This document shows, piece by piece, positions 1-10,800 of a stretch of DNA of 64,000 nt. The notes beneath the pieces were generated by a model. The model had not been told where the DNA came from and did no database searches. It saw nothing but the letters and a program-made list of their open reading frames with translations. This DNA comes from an uncultured Candidatus Saccharibacteria bacterium. Its GTDB lineage: Bacteria > Patescibacteriota > Minisyncoccia > Phycocordibacterales > Phycocordibacteraceae. The stretch is taken from positions 4,070-68,069 of the forward strand of contig CAZWKU010000002.1 of assembly GCA_964634595.1 (NCBI GenBank), read 5' to 3'. Position numbers and translations under genes: made by a program. Numbering within the stretch: the first letter of the stretch is position 1; each line of letters opens with the position of its first letter.

Positions 1-1164
1 GATACTCCTGAAGCTGTCGTGGCCGCACTTCGGGGTATTGTCGCGGCAGTAAAAGCGTTCATGGAGCGTTTCGCCTCGCCTGGTGACGATCTCCTTGCTG
101 AAGAAGAAAGGACGGTATATACGCTTGAACGCGAAAAGGCAGATCTTGCCGAAAAGGAGCAAGCCTTGAGTAAGAGCCATGAGCACGCAAGACTAGCGCT
201 CGGGAGGGCACGTGAGGCATTAACCGCTCACGATGAAGCAGGTCGCGAGATACGTCGTCGCATCCTAGGGCTTGCTGAAGAGAAGGCGCAGTCAGAGGTG
301 AGTGTAGTGCGCCATGAGGCGCACGAGCGCGAGCTCGCGCTCCTCGCAGACGAACTTGATGCGGCTAAGGCGGAGTCAGTGGCGCTTGCGGGTACGACGG
401 TTGTAGCGTATGCCGCCCTTTCTGAAATCTCTCACGAAGATCGTAGAAAGCAGGAGGAGCGTAAAAAAGCGCTCGAGCGACTCAAGATACGTCTTGAGGA
501 GGCTGGCGGGGGTGGAGAAGATATACGGCACGAGTATAAAGAGGTTAGCGAGCGAGAGCAGTTTCTTGCGCGCGAGCTTGATGATCTTGGTAAATCTGCG
601 GCAGGGCTTCGGGCACTGATCAACGATCTCGATGCTGAACTCGCCAAGAGTTTCGCTGAGGGTCTGGCAAAGGTTAACGCTGCGTTTGGCGAATTTTTTG
701 GCATTCTTTTTGGCGGGGGTGGCGCGCGCCTGGTGCTTGAGGAGGCGGCAGACTCTAGTGAGGATAGTGAACTTGAAGAAGAGAGAGACTTACCTCAGAT
801 GCCTCAAAAGCCTGGCATCGAGATTGCCGTTACGATACCGAAGAAGCGGCTCCAATCGCTCATGCAGCTTTCAGGCGGAGAGCGTGCGCTGACCTCCATT
901 GCGCTTATCTTTGCAATGAGTCAAGTTAACCCACCACCCTTTTTGATACTTGACGAAACCGACGCTGCGCTCGATGAAGCTAACAGTCGTCGCTACGGAG
1001 ACATGATCGAAAATCTCTCGAAGAAGTCGCAGCTCATTGTGATAACTCACAACCGCGAGACCATGAGCCGGGCCTCGGTGCTTTACGGTGTCACCATGGG
1101 CGGCGACGGCATCTCCAAACTCCTCTCAGTCAAATTTGACGAGGCAGTCGCGGTCGCGAAATAG
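1..1164 (+). CDS. smc: Chromosome segregation protein SMC, C-terminal part (gene begins upstream of window)
   Basis: Open frame from nt 1. Coiled-coil E/K/R-rich region, ABC signature LSGGERALTSIALIFAM, Walker B ILDETDAALD and D-loop. Confidence 0.85.
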   Translation, partial: DTPEAVVAALRGIVAAVKAFMERFASPGDDLLAEEERTVYTLEREKADLAEKEQALSKSHEHARLALGRAREALTAHDEAGREIRRRILGLAEEKAQSEVSVVRHEAHERELALLADELDAAKAESVALAGTTVVAYAALSEISHEDRRKQEERKKALERLKIRLEEAGGGGEDIRHEYKEVSEREQFLARELDDLGKSAAGLRALINDLDAELAKSFAEGLAKVNAAFGEFFGILFGGGGARLVLEEAADSSEDSELEEERDLPQMPQKPGIEIAVTIPKKRLQSLMQLSGGERALTSIALIFAMSQVNPPPFLILDETDAALDEANSRRYGDMIENLSKKSQLIVITHNRETMSRASVLYGVTMGGDGISKLLSVKFDEAVAVAK

Positions 1165-1193
1165 CCGCGGTGGTGGTGGTACAATGAGCCGTC

Positions 1194-2405
1194 ATGGCGG
1201 CGTTTGAATATTTCAAACACAATGTGGGCAAGGCGGCAGAGCTTTTGCGCATACCTCACCCAGAGCTTGAAGCATTTTTAGAACCAGATCGGGTGCTAAA
1301 GGCTGATCTCACCATCCCGCTTGATGCAGGGGGCACGGCGACCTTTCAGGCATATCGTGTGCAGTTTAACAATGCGCGTGGGCCCTACAAAGGCGGTATA
1401 CGCTTTCATCCTGAGGCTGACGAAGACGAGGTTGAGGCGCTTGCTGCGATGATGGCGATCAAATGTGCAGTCGTTGATATCCCGATGGGCGGCGGCAAAG
1501 GAGGAGTGAGGGTTGACCCGAAAAAACTTTCGAAACAAGAGCTTCATGAGGTTGCACGTGCGTTCGTGCGGGCGTTTGCTTCGCACTTAGGGCCGGACAA
1601 AGATGTCCCCGCGCCTGATGTGTACACTAACCCAGAAATAATGGCCGTGATGCTCGATGAGTATGAAAAAATCGTGGGGCACCGTGCCCCAGCAATGATC
1701 ACGGGCAAGCCACTTGAGAAGGGTGGCATCGTAGGGCGCGATACTGCGACGGCAGATGGTGCTCTGTTTGTGCTCGAAGCTCTGCTCGGCGATCAGCACC
1801 GCTCCCTTCGCTCCCTGCGCGCCGCGATACAGGGGGCAGGGAATGCAGGTGCGCAAGCGGCACGTCTCCTTTCTGAGCGCGAAGCGAAGGTGGTCGCGAT
1901 AGCCGACAGTCACGGCACAATTTCAAATCAAGCGGGCCTTGATGTAGAGGCGGTGCTTCAAGCAAAAGAGGAGAAGGGCTCAGTACAGAATGCTCTCGGT
2001 GGCGAACAGAGTAGTCCCGAGGACGTGCTTTTTTCTGACTGCGATATTCTTGTCCCTGCCGCTCTTGAAGAACAGATACATAGAGAAAATGTCGAAAAAG
2101 TAACGGCTGACATTGTTCTTGAAATTGCAAATGGCCCCACGACACCTGAAGCTGACGAGATCCTTGCAAAACGTGGTGTTGCGGTAGTGCCAGATGTGCT
2201 TGCAAACGCGGGCGGCGTCACGGTCTCATATTTCGAATGGCTTCAAAACCGTTCGAGCGAGGAGTGGGGTAGGGCACGAGTTACCGAGCGCCTTGCCTCA
2301 ACCATGCATGATGCATATCGCGATGTTGCCGACTTCGCGCTTGATCGTGGCATCACGTTACGCGAAGCCGCCTACGCTCTGGCCCTACATCGAATCCTTG
2401 GGTAG
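1194..2405 (+). CDS. gdhA: Glu/Leu/Phe/Val-type (glutamate) dehydrogenase
   Basis: KGGIRFHP, catalytic-Lys region PMGGGKGG, Rossmann GAGNAGAQAA. Confidence 0.85.
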   Translation: MAAFEYFKHNVGKAAELLRIPHPELEAFLEPDRVLKADLTIPLDAGGTATFQAYRVQFNNARGPYKGGIRFHPEADEDEVEALAAMMAIKCAVVDIPMGGGKGGVRVDPKKLSKQELHEVARAFVRAFASHLGPDKDVPAPDVYTNPEIMAVMLDEYEKIVGHRAPAMITGKPLEKGGIVGRDTATADGALFVLEALLGDQHRSLRSLRAAIQGAGNAGAQAARLLSEREAKVVAIADSHGTISNQAGLDVEAVLQAKEEKGSVQNALGGEQSSPEDVLFSDCDILVPAALEEQIHRENVEKVTADIVLEIANGPTTPEADEILAKRGVAVVPDVLANAGGVTVSYFEWLQNRSSEEWGRARVTERLASTMHDAYRDVADFALDRGITLREAAYALALHRILG

Positions 2406-2434
2406 TAATCGTCTTTTCCTTACCCCATTTTGCA

Positions 2435-2453
2435 CTATCCACTATCTCAAACG
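2435..2453. promoter_or_regulatory. Operator-like motif copy 1 (CTATCCACTATCTCAAACG), 35 bp upstream of membrane-protein gene
   Basis: 26-bp block TTGCACTATCCACTATCTnnAACGAC nearly identical to the copy at 3031-3056. Inverted partner arm degenerate here. Confidence 0.4.
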
Positions 2454-2488
2454 ACAGCATTCTTTCTAGGTCGTGGTAAAATAAACTT

Positions 2489-2905
2489 ATGTGGCTACCG
2501 ATGAAATTTGGAGGGATTCTGCTTGTCGTCAATATAATTATCGGTCTGTTAGGTACGCGAATACCACTCATCAACGATGATCTACTTTTCCTCACATTCC
2601 CTACGGTATGGGCTTTCTTTGGTGGCGTTACCATTAGCTCAGTATTACTGTTCGTAATTGCTACTCTCATTCTATATTTCATCGCTGGATTAATTCTAGC
2701 GATCATAAGTAAAGTTTTAGAGAAATTCTTGCCATCCACAGCAGCTATGGTTATTGCCTTGCTCCTGCCGGTTCTACTTGTTGGATGGTATGGATACTCT
2801 GAATACCAAAAGACAAAGGCGTATCTCGAACAAAACACTTCTCAAGAGGCCCAACAGCAGCTTCCCGATGGAGTAGCCCCGATCATCATCCAGGAGTCCA
2901 ATTGA
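2489..2905 (+). CDS. Integral membrane protein, hypothetical (3-4 TM helices), AT-richer than neighbours
   Basis: ORF with hydrophobic helices, preceded by operator-like motif. Confidence 0.5.
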   Translation: MWLPMKFGGILLVVNIIIGLLGTRIPLINDDLLFLTFPTVWAFFGGVTISSVLLFVIATLILYFIAGLILAIISKVLEKFLPSTAAMVIALLLPVLLVGWYGYSEYQKTKAYLEQNTSQEAQQQLPDGVAPIIIQESN

Positions 2906-3038
2906 CTTTGCTTCACTAGGTGCAGTGCTTTGTGTAAGTTTGTATGAAGCAGGGAAAGATGATTGAGTCTTATATCCGTCTTTATTTTCCCTTACTCCAA
3001 GTTTTCTTGGAAGGTATCACCGATCTCCAGTTCTTGCA

Positions 3039-3086
3039 CTATCCACTATCTACAACGACCGTACACGGTAGTGGATGATAGGATAG
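3039..3086. promoter_or_regulatory. Operator-like palindrome copy 2 (CTATCCACTA-N19-TAGTGGATgATAG) immediately upstream of the PaaX-like gene
   Basis: Inverted repeat ending 5 bp before ATG 3091. Candidate autoregulatory site. Confidence 0.45.
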
Positions 3087-3090
3087 GAGC

Positions 3091-3666
3091 ATGGGGAAGC
3101 AAGAAGAATTCGTACGCGAACGAGCCAAGCGTAACGCACTCAAAAACGCTCTTCTTCTTACACTCGCGGTCACGGGTCTGGTACTCATGGGAGTTCGACT
3201 CCCACCAAAAATCTTTACCTTCGGATTCTGGAGAGACGATGCTCGATTTCGATACCGTACCCGCACAACACTTTCAAGATTGGTACGGCAGGGGTTAGTA
3301 ACTTTTGTTGAAGATGGGGACAAAAGATATGCCAGACTCACTAAGAGAGGTGAAGCCTATATTGTATTTGAAAAGGCGAAACTAGAGCTACAAAAGAAAC
3401 GCAAGTGGGATAAGCGGTGGCGTATGGTGATATTTGATGTTCCAGAGCGTAGAAAGCAGATGCGTAATCGCTTACGCAGAGACATGGTGGAACTCGGCTT
3501 TCTTCGTCTGCAAGACAGCGTGTGGGTGCACCCGTATGATTGTGAAGATCTTATGGCACTGGTGAAAACACGCTGTGGCGTTGGCGCGCACGCACTCTAC
3601 GTCATTGCTGAAACGATAGAGCACGACCGCTCACTACGAGAGCATTTTCGCCTACCGATGACATAA
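3091..3666 (+). CDS. PaaX-like transcriptional regulator (N-terminal TM helix, winged helix, PaaX_C/Cas2-fold C-terminal domain)
   Basis: wHTH-like TLSRLVRQGLVTFVEDGDKRYARLTKRGEAY; C-terminal RWRMVIFDVPERRKQMRNRLRRDMVELGFLRLQDSVWVHP. Confidence 0.55.
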   Translation: MGKQEEFVRERAKRNALKNALLLTLAVTGLVLMGVRLPPKIFTFGFWRDDARFRYRTRTTLSRLVRQGLVTFVEDGDKRYARLTKRGEAYIVFEKAKLELQKKRKWDKRWRMVIFDVPERRKQMRNRLRRDMVELGFLRLQDSVWVHPYDCEDLMALVKTRCGVGAHALYVIAETIEHDRSLREHFRLPMT

Positions 3667-3672
3667 CCACAG

Positions 3673-3712
3673 CTATCCACTATCTCAAACGGTCGCACAA
3701 ATTAGTGGATAC
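3673..3712. promoter_or_regulatory. Operator-like palindrome copy 3 (CTATCCACTATCTCAAACG-N12-TAGTGGATA)
   Basis: Same half-sites as copy 2, located just after the PaaX-like stop. Confidence 0.4.
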
Positions 3713-3824
3713 GTCGGGTTTGTGATTTGGGATGGTGTTCCTGAGCCACTGAATCATTACGGCGATTTTGACGTAAATTATTTCGTGATATGATATCTTT
3801 TCGGGTTACAAATGGAGGATTGAA

Positions 3825-4112
3825 ATGCGCCGTAGTTTGTTCTGGAGCTCTGTTGTTGTCTGTGCAATCCCAACTGTAGCAGTAGCTGATATTGTGAAGG
3901 GTTTAACGTACCGTATTGGTTTGGGAAGCCAGCTGACCACCAAGACGAGATATCTTCTCCCCAAACCTATTGCTCCCGTTTTCGGAGATTGGATTGAGGC
4001 GATCATATGCAAAGCCAACACAAACTCTTTTATCTTCCGTGTGGTTCGGCACTCTGAGGCCAGATTTAGGTTTCTCCCGTCAACTTTTGAGTCGGGAAAG
4101 GAGACTCAATGA
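3825..4112 (+). CDS. Small hypothetical protein with N-terminal signal-peptide-like segment
   Basis: GGAGG 7 nt upstream of ATG; hydrophobic N-terminus; followed by terminator. Confidence 0.35.
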   Translation: MRRSLFWSSVVVCAIPTVAVADIVKGLTYRIGLGSQLTTKTRYLLPKPIAPVFGDWIEAIICKANTNSFIFRVVRHSEARFRFLPSTFESGKETQ

Positions 4113-4212
4113 CCCTTGTTGACGGTAATGGTGTCACATACAAAATCACAGGTGATAAGTTCTATTCTGGTTGTGGGCTTGATGTAATAGTAGAATGATC
4201 TGTCTCCCGCTA

Positions 4213-4249
4213 GACGCCACAAGATAAAACTTGCGGCGTCGCTTTTTTC
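4213..4249 (+). terminator. Rho-independent terminator (GACGCCACAAG...CTTGCGGCGTC then TTTTTT)
   Basis: GC stem-loop plus T-run seen in sequence. Confidence 0.45.
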
Positions 4250-4282
4250 AGAGAGACGAATTCAACTGCTTACGCAGACTTC

Positions 4283-6232
4283 TCAGTTCTGTACCAGTGC
4301 AAAGTCAAGTTCTTTTTCGGGGATGCGGGCGGCGATTAACTTTACGCGGATGGGGTCGCCAAGTTGGTACGAGGTTTTGGTGCGACGGCCGATAAGGCGG
4401 TAGTGTTTCTCGTCGTATTCAAAATAATCGTCGCCAATGCCAGCGATGCGAATCATGCCGTCGGCATGCGTCTCGGCGAGCTCTACGTAGAGCCCGCGTT
4501 CGTTAACGCCTGAAATAACCGCATCAAACTCCTCACCTATCCTGCCAGAGAGAAATTCGACCTGCTTCATTTTTACCGAGTCTCGCTCTGCTTCAGCTGC
4601 GCCCACCTCGCGTTCTGAGGCGTGTATTGCGAGTGCTTCGAACTCCTGCATCTCCTGCTCAGTTATCGGGGTCCCGCCCGCATGTGCTTTTACGAGGCGG
4701 TGGATTACGACGTCAGGGTAGCGACGGATAGGAGAGGTGAAGGTGGTATAAAAATCAAACGCGAGCCCAAAGTGACCGATATTTTTTGTTGTGTAGACGG
4801 CCTTTGCCATTGAGCGAAGCGCCGCTGTTTTTATTAGGTACTCTTCAGGTTTGCCCTTGGTTGCGGCCATGAGGCGGTTAAGCTCTGCACCGGTAACTCG
4901 CCCGGCATGCGTTTTGAGTTCGTAGCCGAGGACGCGCAAAAACTGGGCAAGATTCTCGATGCGGTCGGCATCTGGCGCATCATGGACACGATATAGCGAT
5001 GCAAAATGCGGCCCCCCGTTATTGGTGAGCTTTGCCAGGTGTTCGGCAACCGATTGGTTTGCGAGGAGCATGAAGTCTTCAATCAAGAGGTTGGTGTCCC
5101 TACGCTCTCTGAGGTGCACCGCGATCGGCTTACCCTCGGCATTGAGCTCGACTTTCACTTCGACCGTGTCAAACTCGATTGTCCCCTTGGCGACGCGCCG
5201 TACGCGCATCTTTTGTGCCAGTGTGCGTAGTATCGCAAGCTCTTCGTGCATAGTGCCGGTACCGGCATCGAGCACTCCCTGCGCCTCTTCGTAGGTAAAA
5301 CGTTTGGCCGAGTGGATGATGGTTTCGCCAAACCATGTACGGAGCACACGACCTTCGATATCGAGGGTGAACACAGCCGATACTGAGAGACGGTCTTCAT
5401 TAGGCACCAGCGAACAGAGATTGTTTGAGAGCACTTCGGGGAGCATGGGGATGGTGCGGTCGACAAGGTAGACCGAAGTTGCGCGCTCACGGCCCTCGCG
5501 ATCAAAAGCTGTCCCCGGTTGTACGAAAAAAGAGACATCGGCAATGTGCACACCTACCTCAATGTTCCCATCTTCGAGTTTTTGTACCGAGAGTGCGTCG
5601 TCAAAGTCTTTTGCGTCAAAGGGGTCGATGGTGCAGGTGGGTACTTTTCTAAAATCACGTCGTGTACCGCGTACTGTTTCTTGTTGAATCATCCTCTTGC
5701 CATCTATCTCGAGTTTCTCAGCTTCGCTTGTTACCTCGGGCGGGAAGGTGGGGCTAAAGCCCTGTCCGAGCGCGAGAGCGCGCATTTCGGTCTCGTGTAC
5801 CCCTGCGGGGCCGATAACTTCTTCAATGGTACCCAGCGGGTACTCTTTATCGGGGGCCCATGCACCGAGCCGTGCGAGTACTTTGTACCCAAGCGGAGCC
5901 TCGCCTCGGTCGAGGATCACCAAGGGCACGTACATCTTTTTATAATCGGGAGTGAGAAGCGTGAGGCCGTCGGCTTCAATAAGAGTCCCGACAAAGGTCT
6001 CGCGGGCGCGTGAGATTACTTCAACGACCTTGCCCGCCTCGCGTGGGGGCATCTTACCCGTAGGGTCGCGATAGAGTCCTTCCGGGGCTACCTTAACTAT
6101 ATCGCCGTGGAGGGCGTGCCCGGCCCACTCGGCAGGTATCAGGAGATCCTCACTTTCAGTATCGACACTGAAAAATCCCACGCCCTTACGGGTCATGGTA
6201 ATAGGTCCCTCGTATACCCTTGCTTCAGCCAT
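4283..6232 (-). CDS. rnr: Ribonuclease R / exoribonuclease II family (VacB)
   Basis: 649 aa, RNB catalytic domain motifs, C-terminal S1-like region. Confidence 0.85.
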   Translation of the reverse strand: MAEARVYEGPITMTRKGVGFFSVDTESEDLLIPAEWAGHALHGDIVKVAPEGLYRDPTGKMPPREAGKVVEVISRARETFVGTLIEADGLTLLTPDYKKMYVPLVILDRGEAPLGYKVLARLGAWAPDKEYPLGTIEEVIGPAGVHETEMRALALGQGFSPTFPPEVTSEAEKLEIDGKRMIQQETVRGTRRDFRKVPTCTIDPFDAKDFDDALSVQKLEDGNIEVGVHIADVSFFVQPGTAFDREGRERATSVYLVDRTIPMLPEVLSNNLCSLVPNEDRLSVSAVFTLDIEGRVLRTWFGETIIHSAKRFTYEEAQGVLDAGTGTMHEELAILRTLAQKMRVRRVAKGTIEFDTVEVKVELNAEGKPIAVHLRERRDTNLLIEDFMLLANQSVAEHLAKLTNNGGPHFASLYRVHDAPDADRIENLAQFLRVLGYELKTHAGRVTGAELNRLMAATKGKPEEYLIKTAALRSMAKAVYTTKNIGHFGLAFDFYTTFTSPIRRYPDVVIHRLVKAHAGGTPITEQEMQEFEALAIHASEREVGAAEAERDSVKMKQVEFLSGRIGEEFDAVISGVNERGLYVELAETHADGMIRIAGIGDDYFEYDEKHYRLIGRRTKTSYQLGDPIRVKLIAARIPEKELDFALVQN

Positions 6233-6282
6233 TTTTTGCTACTCTAGCAATATATAGCCCTTTCTGCTATAGTACCCCCCAC

Positions 6283-6651
6283 ATGTTGATGATTCGATTT
6301 CAGCGCATTGGCCGCACCAACGACCCGGCCTTTCGCATTGTTGTCCTTGAAAAAGAGCGTGCCGCCAAGAGTGGGCGTATCCTTGAGCAGTTGGGTACGT
6401 ATAACCCACGCACCAAGACAACGACGCTTCATGAAGCCGAGGTGAAGCATTGGATAAGCAAGGGTGCACAGCCGACCCCTTCGATGCATAACTTTCTAAT
6501 CACCAAGGGTGTAATTACCGGAAAGAAGATTAACGTCCTCCCTAAAAAGACTATTTCTAAACAGGAGCAAGAAGCAGTGCCAGCTGCTGACACACCGACA
6601 GCGCCTGCTGAAGTTGTAGCGACACCTGTTGAAACAGTGGCAGTCTCATAA
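6283..6651 (+). CDS. rpsP: 30S ribosomal protein S16 with C-terminal extension
   Basis: MLMIRFQRIGRTNDPAFRIVV...LGTYNPR. Start moved to ATG 6283 (divergent from rnr). Confidence 0.85.
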   Translation: MLMIRFQRIGRTNDPAFRIVVLEKERAAKSGRILEQLGTYNPRTKTTTLHEAEVKHWISKGAQPTPSMHNFLITKGVITGKKINVLPKKTISKQEQEAVPAADTPTAPAEVVATPVETVAVS

Positions 6652-6655
6652 CACC

Positions 6656-6961
6656 ATGGATGCTGACCACGCATTTTTGGATTTTGTGGTGAAAGCGGTC
6701 GTCACTAATACTGATGCAGTCGAGATTGTGCGTACGGTAGACGAGATGGGAGTCCTGCTCACGCTTACGGTTCACCCTGACGATATGGGCAAGATCATCG
6801 GCAAGAACGGCAAGACTGCCGAGTCACTGCGCACTCTCCTACGGGTCGTCGGGATGAAGCACAACGCCCGCGTTAATTTGAAGATTAATGAGCCCGCAGG
6901 TGGCAAACGTGCACTCGAAACCAAGACGGTCGATGAGGTTGTTGAGGGCATAAACGCTTAA
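6656..6961 (+). CDS. KH-domain RNA-binding protein (YlqC/UPF0109-like)
   Basis: GKIIGKNGKTAESLRTLL KH motif; standard position between rpsP and trmD. Start at ATG 6656 after rpsP stop. Confidence 0.75.
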   Translation: MDADHAFLDFVVKAVVTNTDAVEIVRTVDEMGVLLTLTVHPDDMGKIIGKNGKTAESLRTLLRVVGMKHNARVNLKINEPAGGKRALETKTVDEVVEGINA

Positions 6962-7608
6962 TGCGTTTTCATCTCGTTACTCTGTTTGCAGAAGCATGTG
7001 ACGCATATTTGAGTGCGTCGATTTTGGCGCGCGCGCGAAAAGAAAAAAAGATCGCTGTTTCGTACGTGAACCCCCGTGATTTTGTTGACAACAAATGGGG
7101 CAAAGTAGATGAGCGCCCCTATGGCGGCGGTCCGGGGATGGTGGTGATGGCATTGCCCATTGTGAAGGCGGTAGAGAAGGCACTCAAAAAAGCTAAGAAA
7201 CCTGTTGTGGTCTGGTTTAGCCCGGGCGCAAAGCAGTTCACCAACAAAGAGGCTGATGCGCTCGCAAAATACAGCGATGTGGTGCTTGTGTGCGGGCGTT
7301 ATGAGGGTATCGATGAGCGTGCAAAGAAGATCATCAAGACCCTCGCACCCGTAAAAGAGTTTGCGGTAGGCGAGGCCGTTTACACTGGCGGTGAGGTACC
7401 GGCCATGGCAATTGTTGATGCGGTGTCGCGCCGCCTCCCAGGAGTGCTCGGCAAAGACGCGTCAGTCGAAGAGCGTCGCACCGCGGCCTCGCAGGTGTAC
7501 ACGCGCCCAGACACAATAAGTTGGAAAGGGAAGTCGTATAAGGTCCCGGCTGTCCTCAAAACCGGCCACCATGCCAACATTGATGGGTATCGCCTCAAGA
7601 AGCGGTGA
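6961..7608 (+). CDS. trmD: tRNA (guanine37-N1)-methyltransferase
   Basis: TrmD motifs, PYGGGPGMV SAM-binding loop; start overlaps KH stop (TAATG). Confidence 0.9.
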   Translation: MRFHLVTLFAEACDAYLSASILARARKEKKIAVSYVNPRDFVDNKWGKVDERPYGGGPGMVVMALPIVKAVEKALKKAKKPVVVWFSPGAKQFTNKEADALAKYSDVVLVCGRYEGIDERAKKIIKTLAPVKEFAVGEAVYTGGEVPAMAIVDAVSRRLPGVLGKDASVEERRTAASQVYTRPDTISWKGKSYKVPAVLKTGHHANIDGYRLKKR

Positions 7609-7645
7609 CACACCCTCGCTTTGTCCCCAGGAGGCTGGGAGGGAG

Positions 7646-7675
7646 TTGACGGCGGGAGGGGTGGCGCGGTATGCT
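7646..7675 (+). promoter_or_regulatory. Candidate sigma70-type promoter upstream of rpoB (TTGACG-N18-TATGCT)
   Basis: Hexamers seen in sequence; no other support. Confidence 0.2.
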
Positions 7676-7826
7676 AGGGGTACCAGAAAATGAGTGAGTT
7701 AAGGTGTCTGGCGGGCACTGATTTGAATACAGGATTGTTTGGTAAGCGCAAAGGCGTTCTTCGCTGTGCGTTTATGTGCATTTGTTAACAAGCGTTTGAT
7801 TATCACCCCCGTAATCCCTACGCCGC

Positions 7827-10800
7827 ATGCAAAAAAAGCCGCTCCCCCAAAAGACCTTTGGCGCATACCAGGCGCCGCGCGTACCCTTTCCCGACCTTGT
7901 GGGGCACCAGAGCTCGTCATTTGATTGGCTCCTTAAAGATGGTCTCAAGGAGCTTTTTAAGGAGTTTTCGCCTATTGGTGATTACTCAAACAAAAAGTTT
8001 GAGCTCAAGTTTGAAGATTTTGAGATAGGAGAGGCGAAGTACGATGAGGATTATGCGCGGGAGAATATGCGCACCTACGAGGCCCCTCTTAAAGTTAGCG
8101 TAACCCTCCGCAACAAGACTCTCGGCACCGAGAAGTCGCAGGAGATTTTCCTCGCTGACCTCCCGATGATGACCCCCCATGGCTCGTTTATCGTTTCGGG
8201 TGTTGAGCGTGTGATAGTGCCGCAACTCGCCCGCTCGTTCGGGGCGTTTTTTGTGTCAGAGCTTATTCGCGGCAAACCGTTTTTTGGTGCGAAAATTATC
8301 CCCTCGCGCGGCGTATGGATCGAAATTGACTCAGAGGCAGATGGTGCAATCTTCGTCAAAATTGACCGCAAGCGCAAATTCCCGGTTACCCAGCTCCTCA
8401 CGGTATTTGGCGCAGGACTCGGCGAGAAGATTGCCGAAAAATTTGCTGATGACCCTGAAGCGCTGGCGGCTATAAAGGCTACCCTGGTACATGACACTGC
8501 TACTTCGGTTGAAGAGGCGTATATCGAGATACACCGCCGCATGCGCGATGGTGATCTTGCCACACCCGAGAACGCTAAGAACTTCGTGCAAGCGCTATTT
8601 GGTGCCGAGCGCTATGACCTCTCTAAGGTTGGGCGCCATCGTCTCAATGCGCGCTTTGATCTCCCGATAACCGAGAAGCAACTTGAGAAGCGTACGCTCT
8701 CACTCGCAGACTTCACACGTATTGTCGCCGAGATCGCGCGTCTTAACAGTGATCCCGCCGCTCGCCCCGACGACATTGACCACCTAGGTTTTCGGCGCGT
8801 ACGTTTCGTTGGTGAATTGCTCCAGTCACGCATGCGGGTTGGTATGTCGCGCATGAAGCGCAATGTCCAAGATCGCATGTCTACTATTGAGAGCGATACG
8901 ACGCTCCCAGCGGCACTCCTCAACCCGCGCCCCTTCTTTGCGGCTGTTCGTGAGTTCTTCACCGCAAACCAGCTCTCGCAGTTTATGGATCAGCAGAACA
9001 TTCTCGCCGAGCTTGAGCACATGCGTACGCTCTCGGCGCTTGGCCCTGGTGGACTTACCCGTGAGCGCGCGGGTTTTGAAGTGCGTGACGTGCACTCTTC
9101 TCACTACGGTCGCCTCTGCCCCATACACACCCCTGAAGGACAGAACATCGGGCTTATCTTGAGGCTCTCCACGCACGGGACAACTAACGATTACGGGGTG
9201 ATTGAGACGCCGTATGTCCGCGTAAAAAATGGCAAGGTGACTGAAGAGGTCATTTCAATTAACGCGCTTGATGAAGAGCGTGAGACTATCGCTCATGGTG
9301 CTACCAAGATTGATGAGAACGGCCGTATTGCAGAGGCAGTGCTTGAGGCTCGTCGCAAGGGCGAGACAGTTATTGTCCCGCGCGAAGAGATCACCTTGAT
9401 CGATGCTTCTACCTACCAAATGTTTTCAATTGCGACCTCGATGATCCCCTTTGTTGATCATGACGACGCTAACCGCGCGCTCATGGGTTCGAACATGCAA
9501 AAACAGGCGACACCAGTACTCCTTCCTGAAGCTCCACTCGTTGCTACGGGCATAGAGACACATGCGGCAAAAAATACGGGGCGTCTCGTACTCGCTCTTG
9601 AAGCGGGGGAGGTTTCGTATGTAGATGCTCGCCGTATCGTAGTAACTAATCGAGAAGGGAAGAAAAAAGAGTATCGCCTCCAGGGGCTCACTCAAACCAA
9701 CCAAAATTCGGCGTTCTGTCAGCGCCCCTCTGTCCTCCTTGGGGATAAGGTAAAGAAGGGAGATGTGCTCGCCGATGCCTCTTCAAGTGCACATGGTCAA
9801 ATGGCATTGGGACAAAACGTCCGAGTAGCGTTTATGAGTTGGAGCGGTGCTAACTACGAAGACGCTATTATCATTTCAGAGCGTCTTGTTGAGGACGCCA
9901 AGTTTACTACTATTCACATTGAAGATTTTGAGTGTGTGGTTCGTGACACCAAGCTTGGCGCTGAAGTGACCACTCACGACATCCCGAACGTGGGTGAGCT
10001 CCGCCTCAAGAACCTCGATGAAGAGGGAGTAATTCGTATTGGCGCCGAGGTGCGCCCTGGCGACATTTTGGTCGGCAAGGTCACCCCTAAGGGCGAAACC
10101 CAGCTCACTCCTGAAGAGCGGCTCCTGCGCTCAATCTTCGGGGATAAGGCGAAAGATGTGAAAGATACCTCGCTCCGTATGGAGGGTGGTAAGCGCGGCC
10201 GCGTCATTGGCGTGCGCGTCTTCTCTCGTGAAAAGGGTGATCAGCTTGAGAGCGGCATTATTAAAAAGATCGTGGTGGTAGTCGCTCAGGTGCGTAATGT
10301 CTCGGTCGGTGACAAACTCGCTGGCCGTCACGGTAACAAGGGCGTTATATCGCGCGTCTTGCCGGTTGAGGATATGCCCTACGACAAAGACGGCAATCCC
10401 GTCGACATTATCCTTACGCCGCTTGGGGTCCCTTCGCGTATGAACCTGGGACAAATCATGGAGATGCATCTCGGGCTCGCGGCAAATGCGCTTGGATACC
10501 AGGCTGTGGTGCCGCCCTTTTCAGGTGCCACGGCTGAAGAGATTCGCTCTGAGCTCGCGGCGGCAGGTTTTGACCGCTCGGGCAAGATGACCCTCTATGA
10601 TGGCCGTACGGGTGAAGCATTCTCTCAGAAAATTGCGGTTGGCTATATGTACGTCTTGAAGCTGCATCACATGGTGGAGGACAAGATCCACATGCGCTCC
10701 ATCGGGCCCTACTCGCTTATTACCCAGCAGCCGCTTGGTGGCAAGGCACAAAATGGTGGTCAACGTTTTGGCGAAATGGAAGTGTGGGCGCTTCTTGGCT

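Noticed and set aside
3091-3666. Cas2 (CRISPR adaptation) assignment for the C-terminal domain VIFDVPERRKQ...SVWVHP
   Set aside because: No CRISPR array or cas1 nearby. An N-terminal TM helix plus a winged-helix precede it, which fits PaaX-family regulators whose C-domain shares the Cas2-like fold.
4622-6013. Several ORFs on the plus strand inside RNase R
   Set aside because: Embedded antisense to a well-supported 649-aa RNase R gene.
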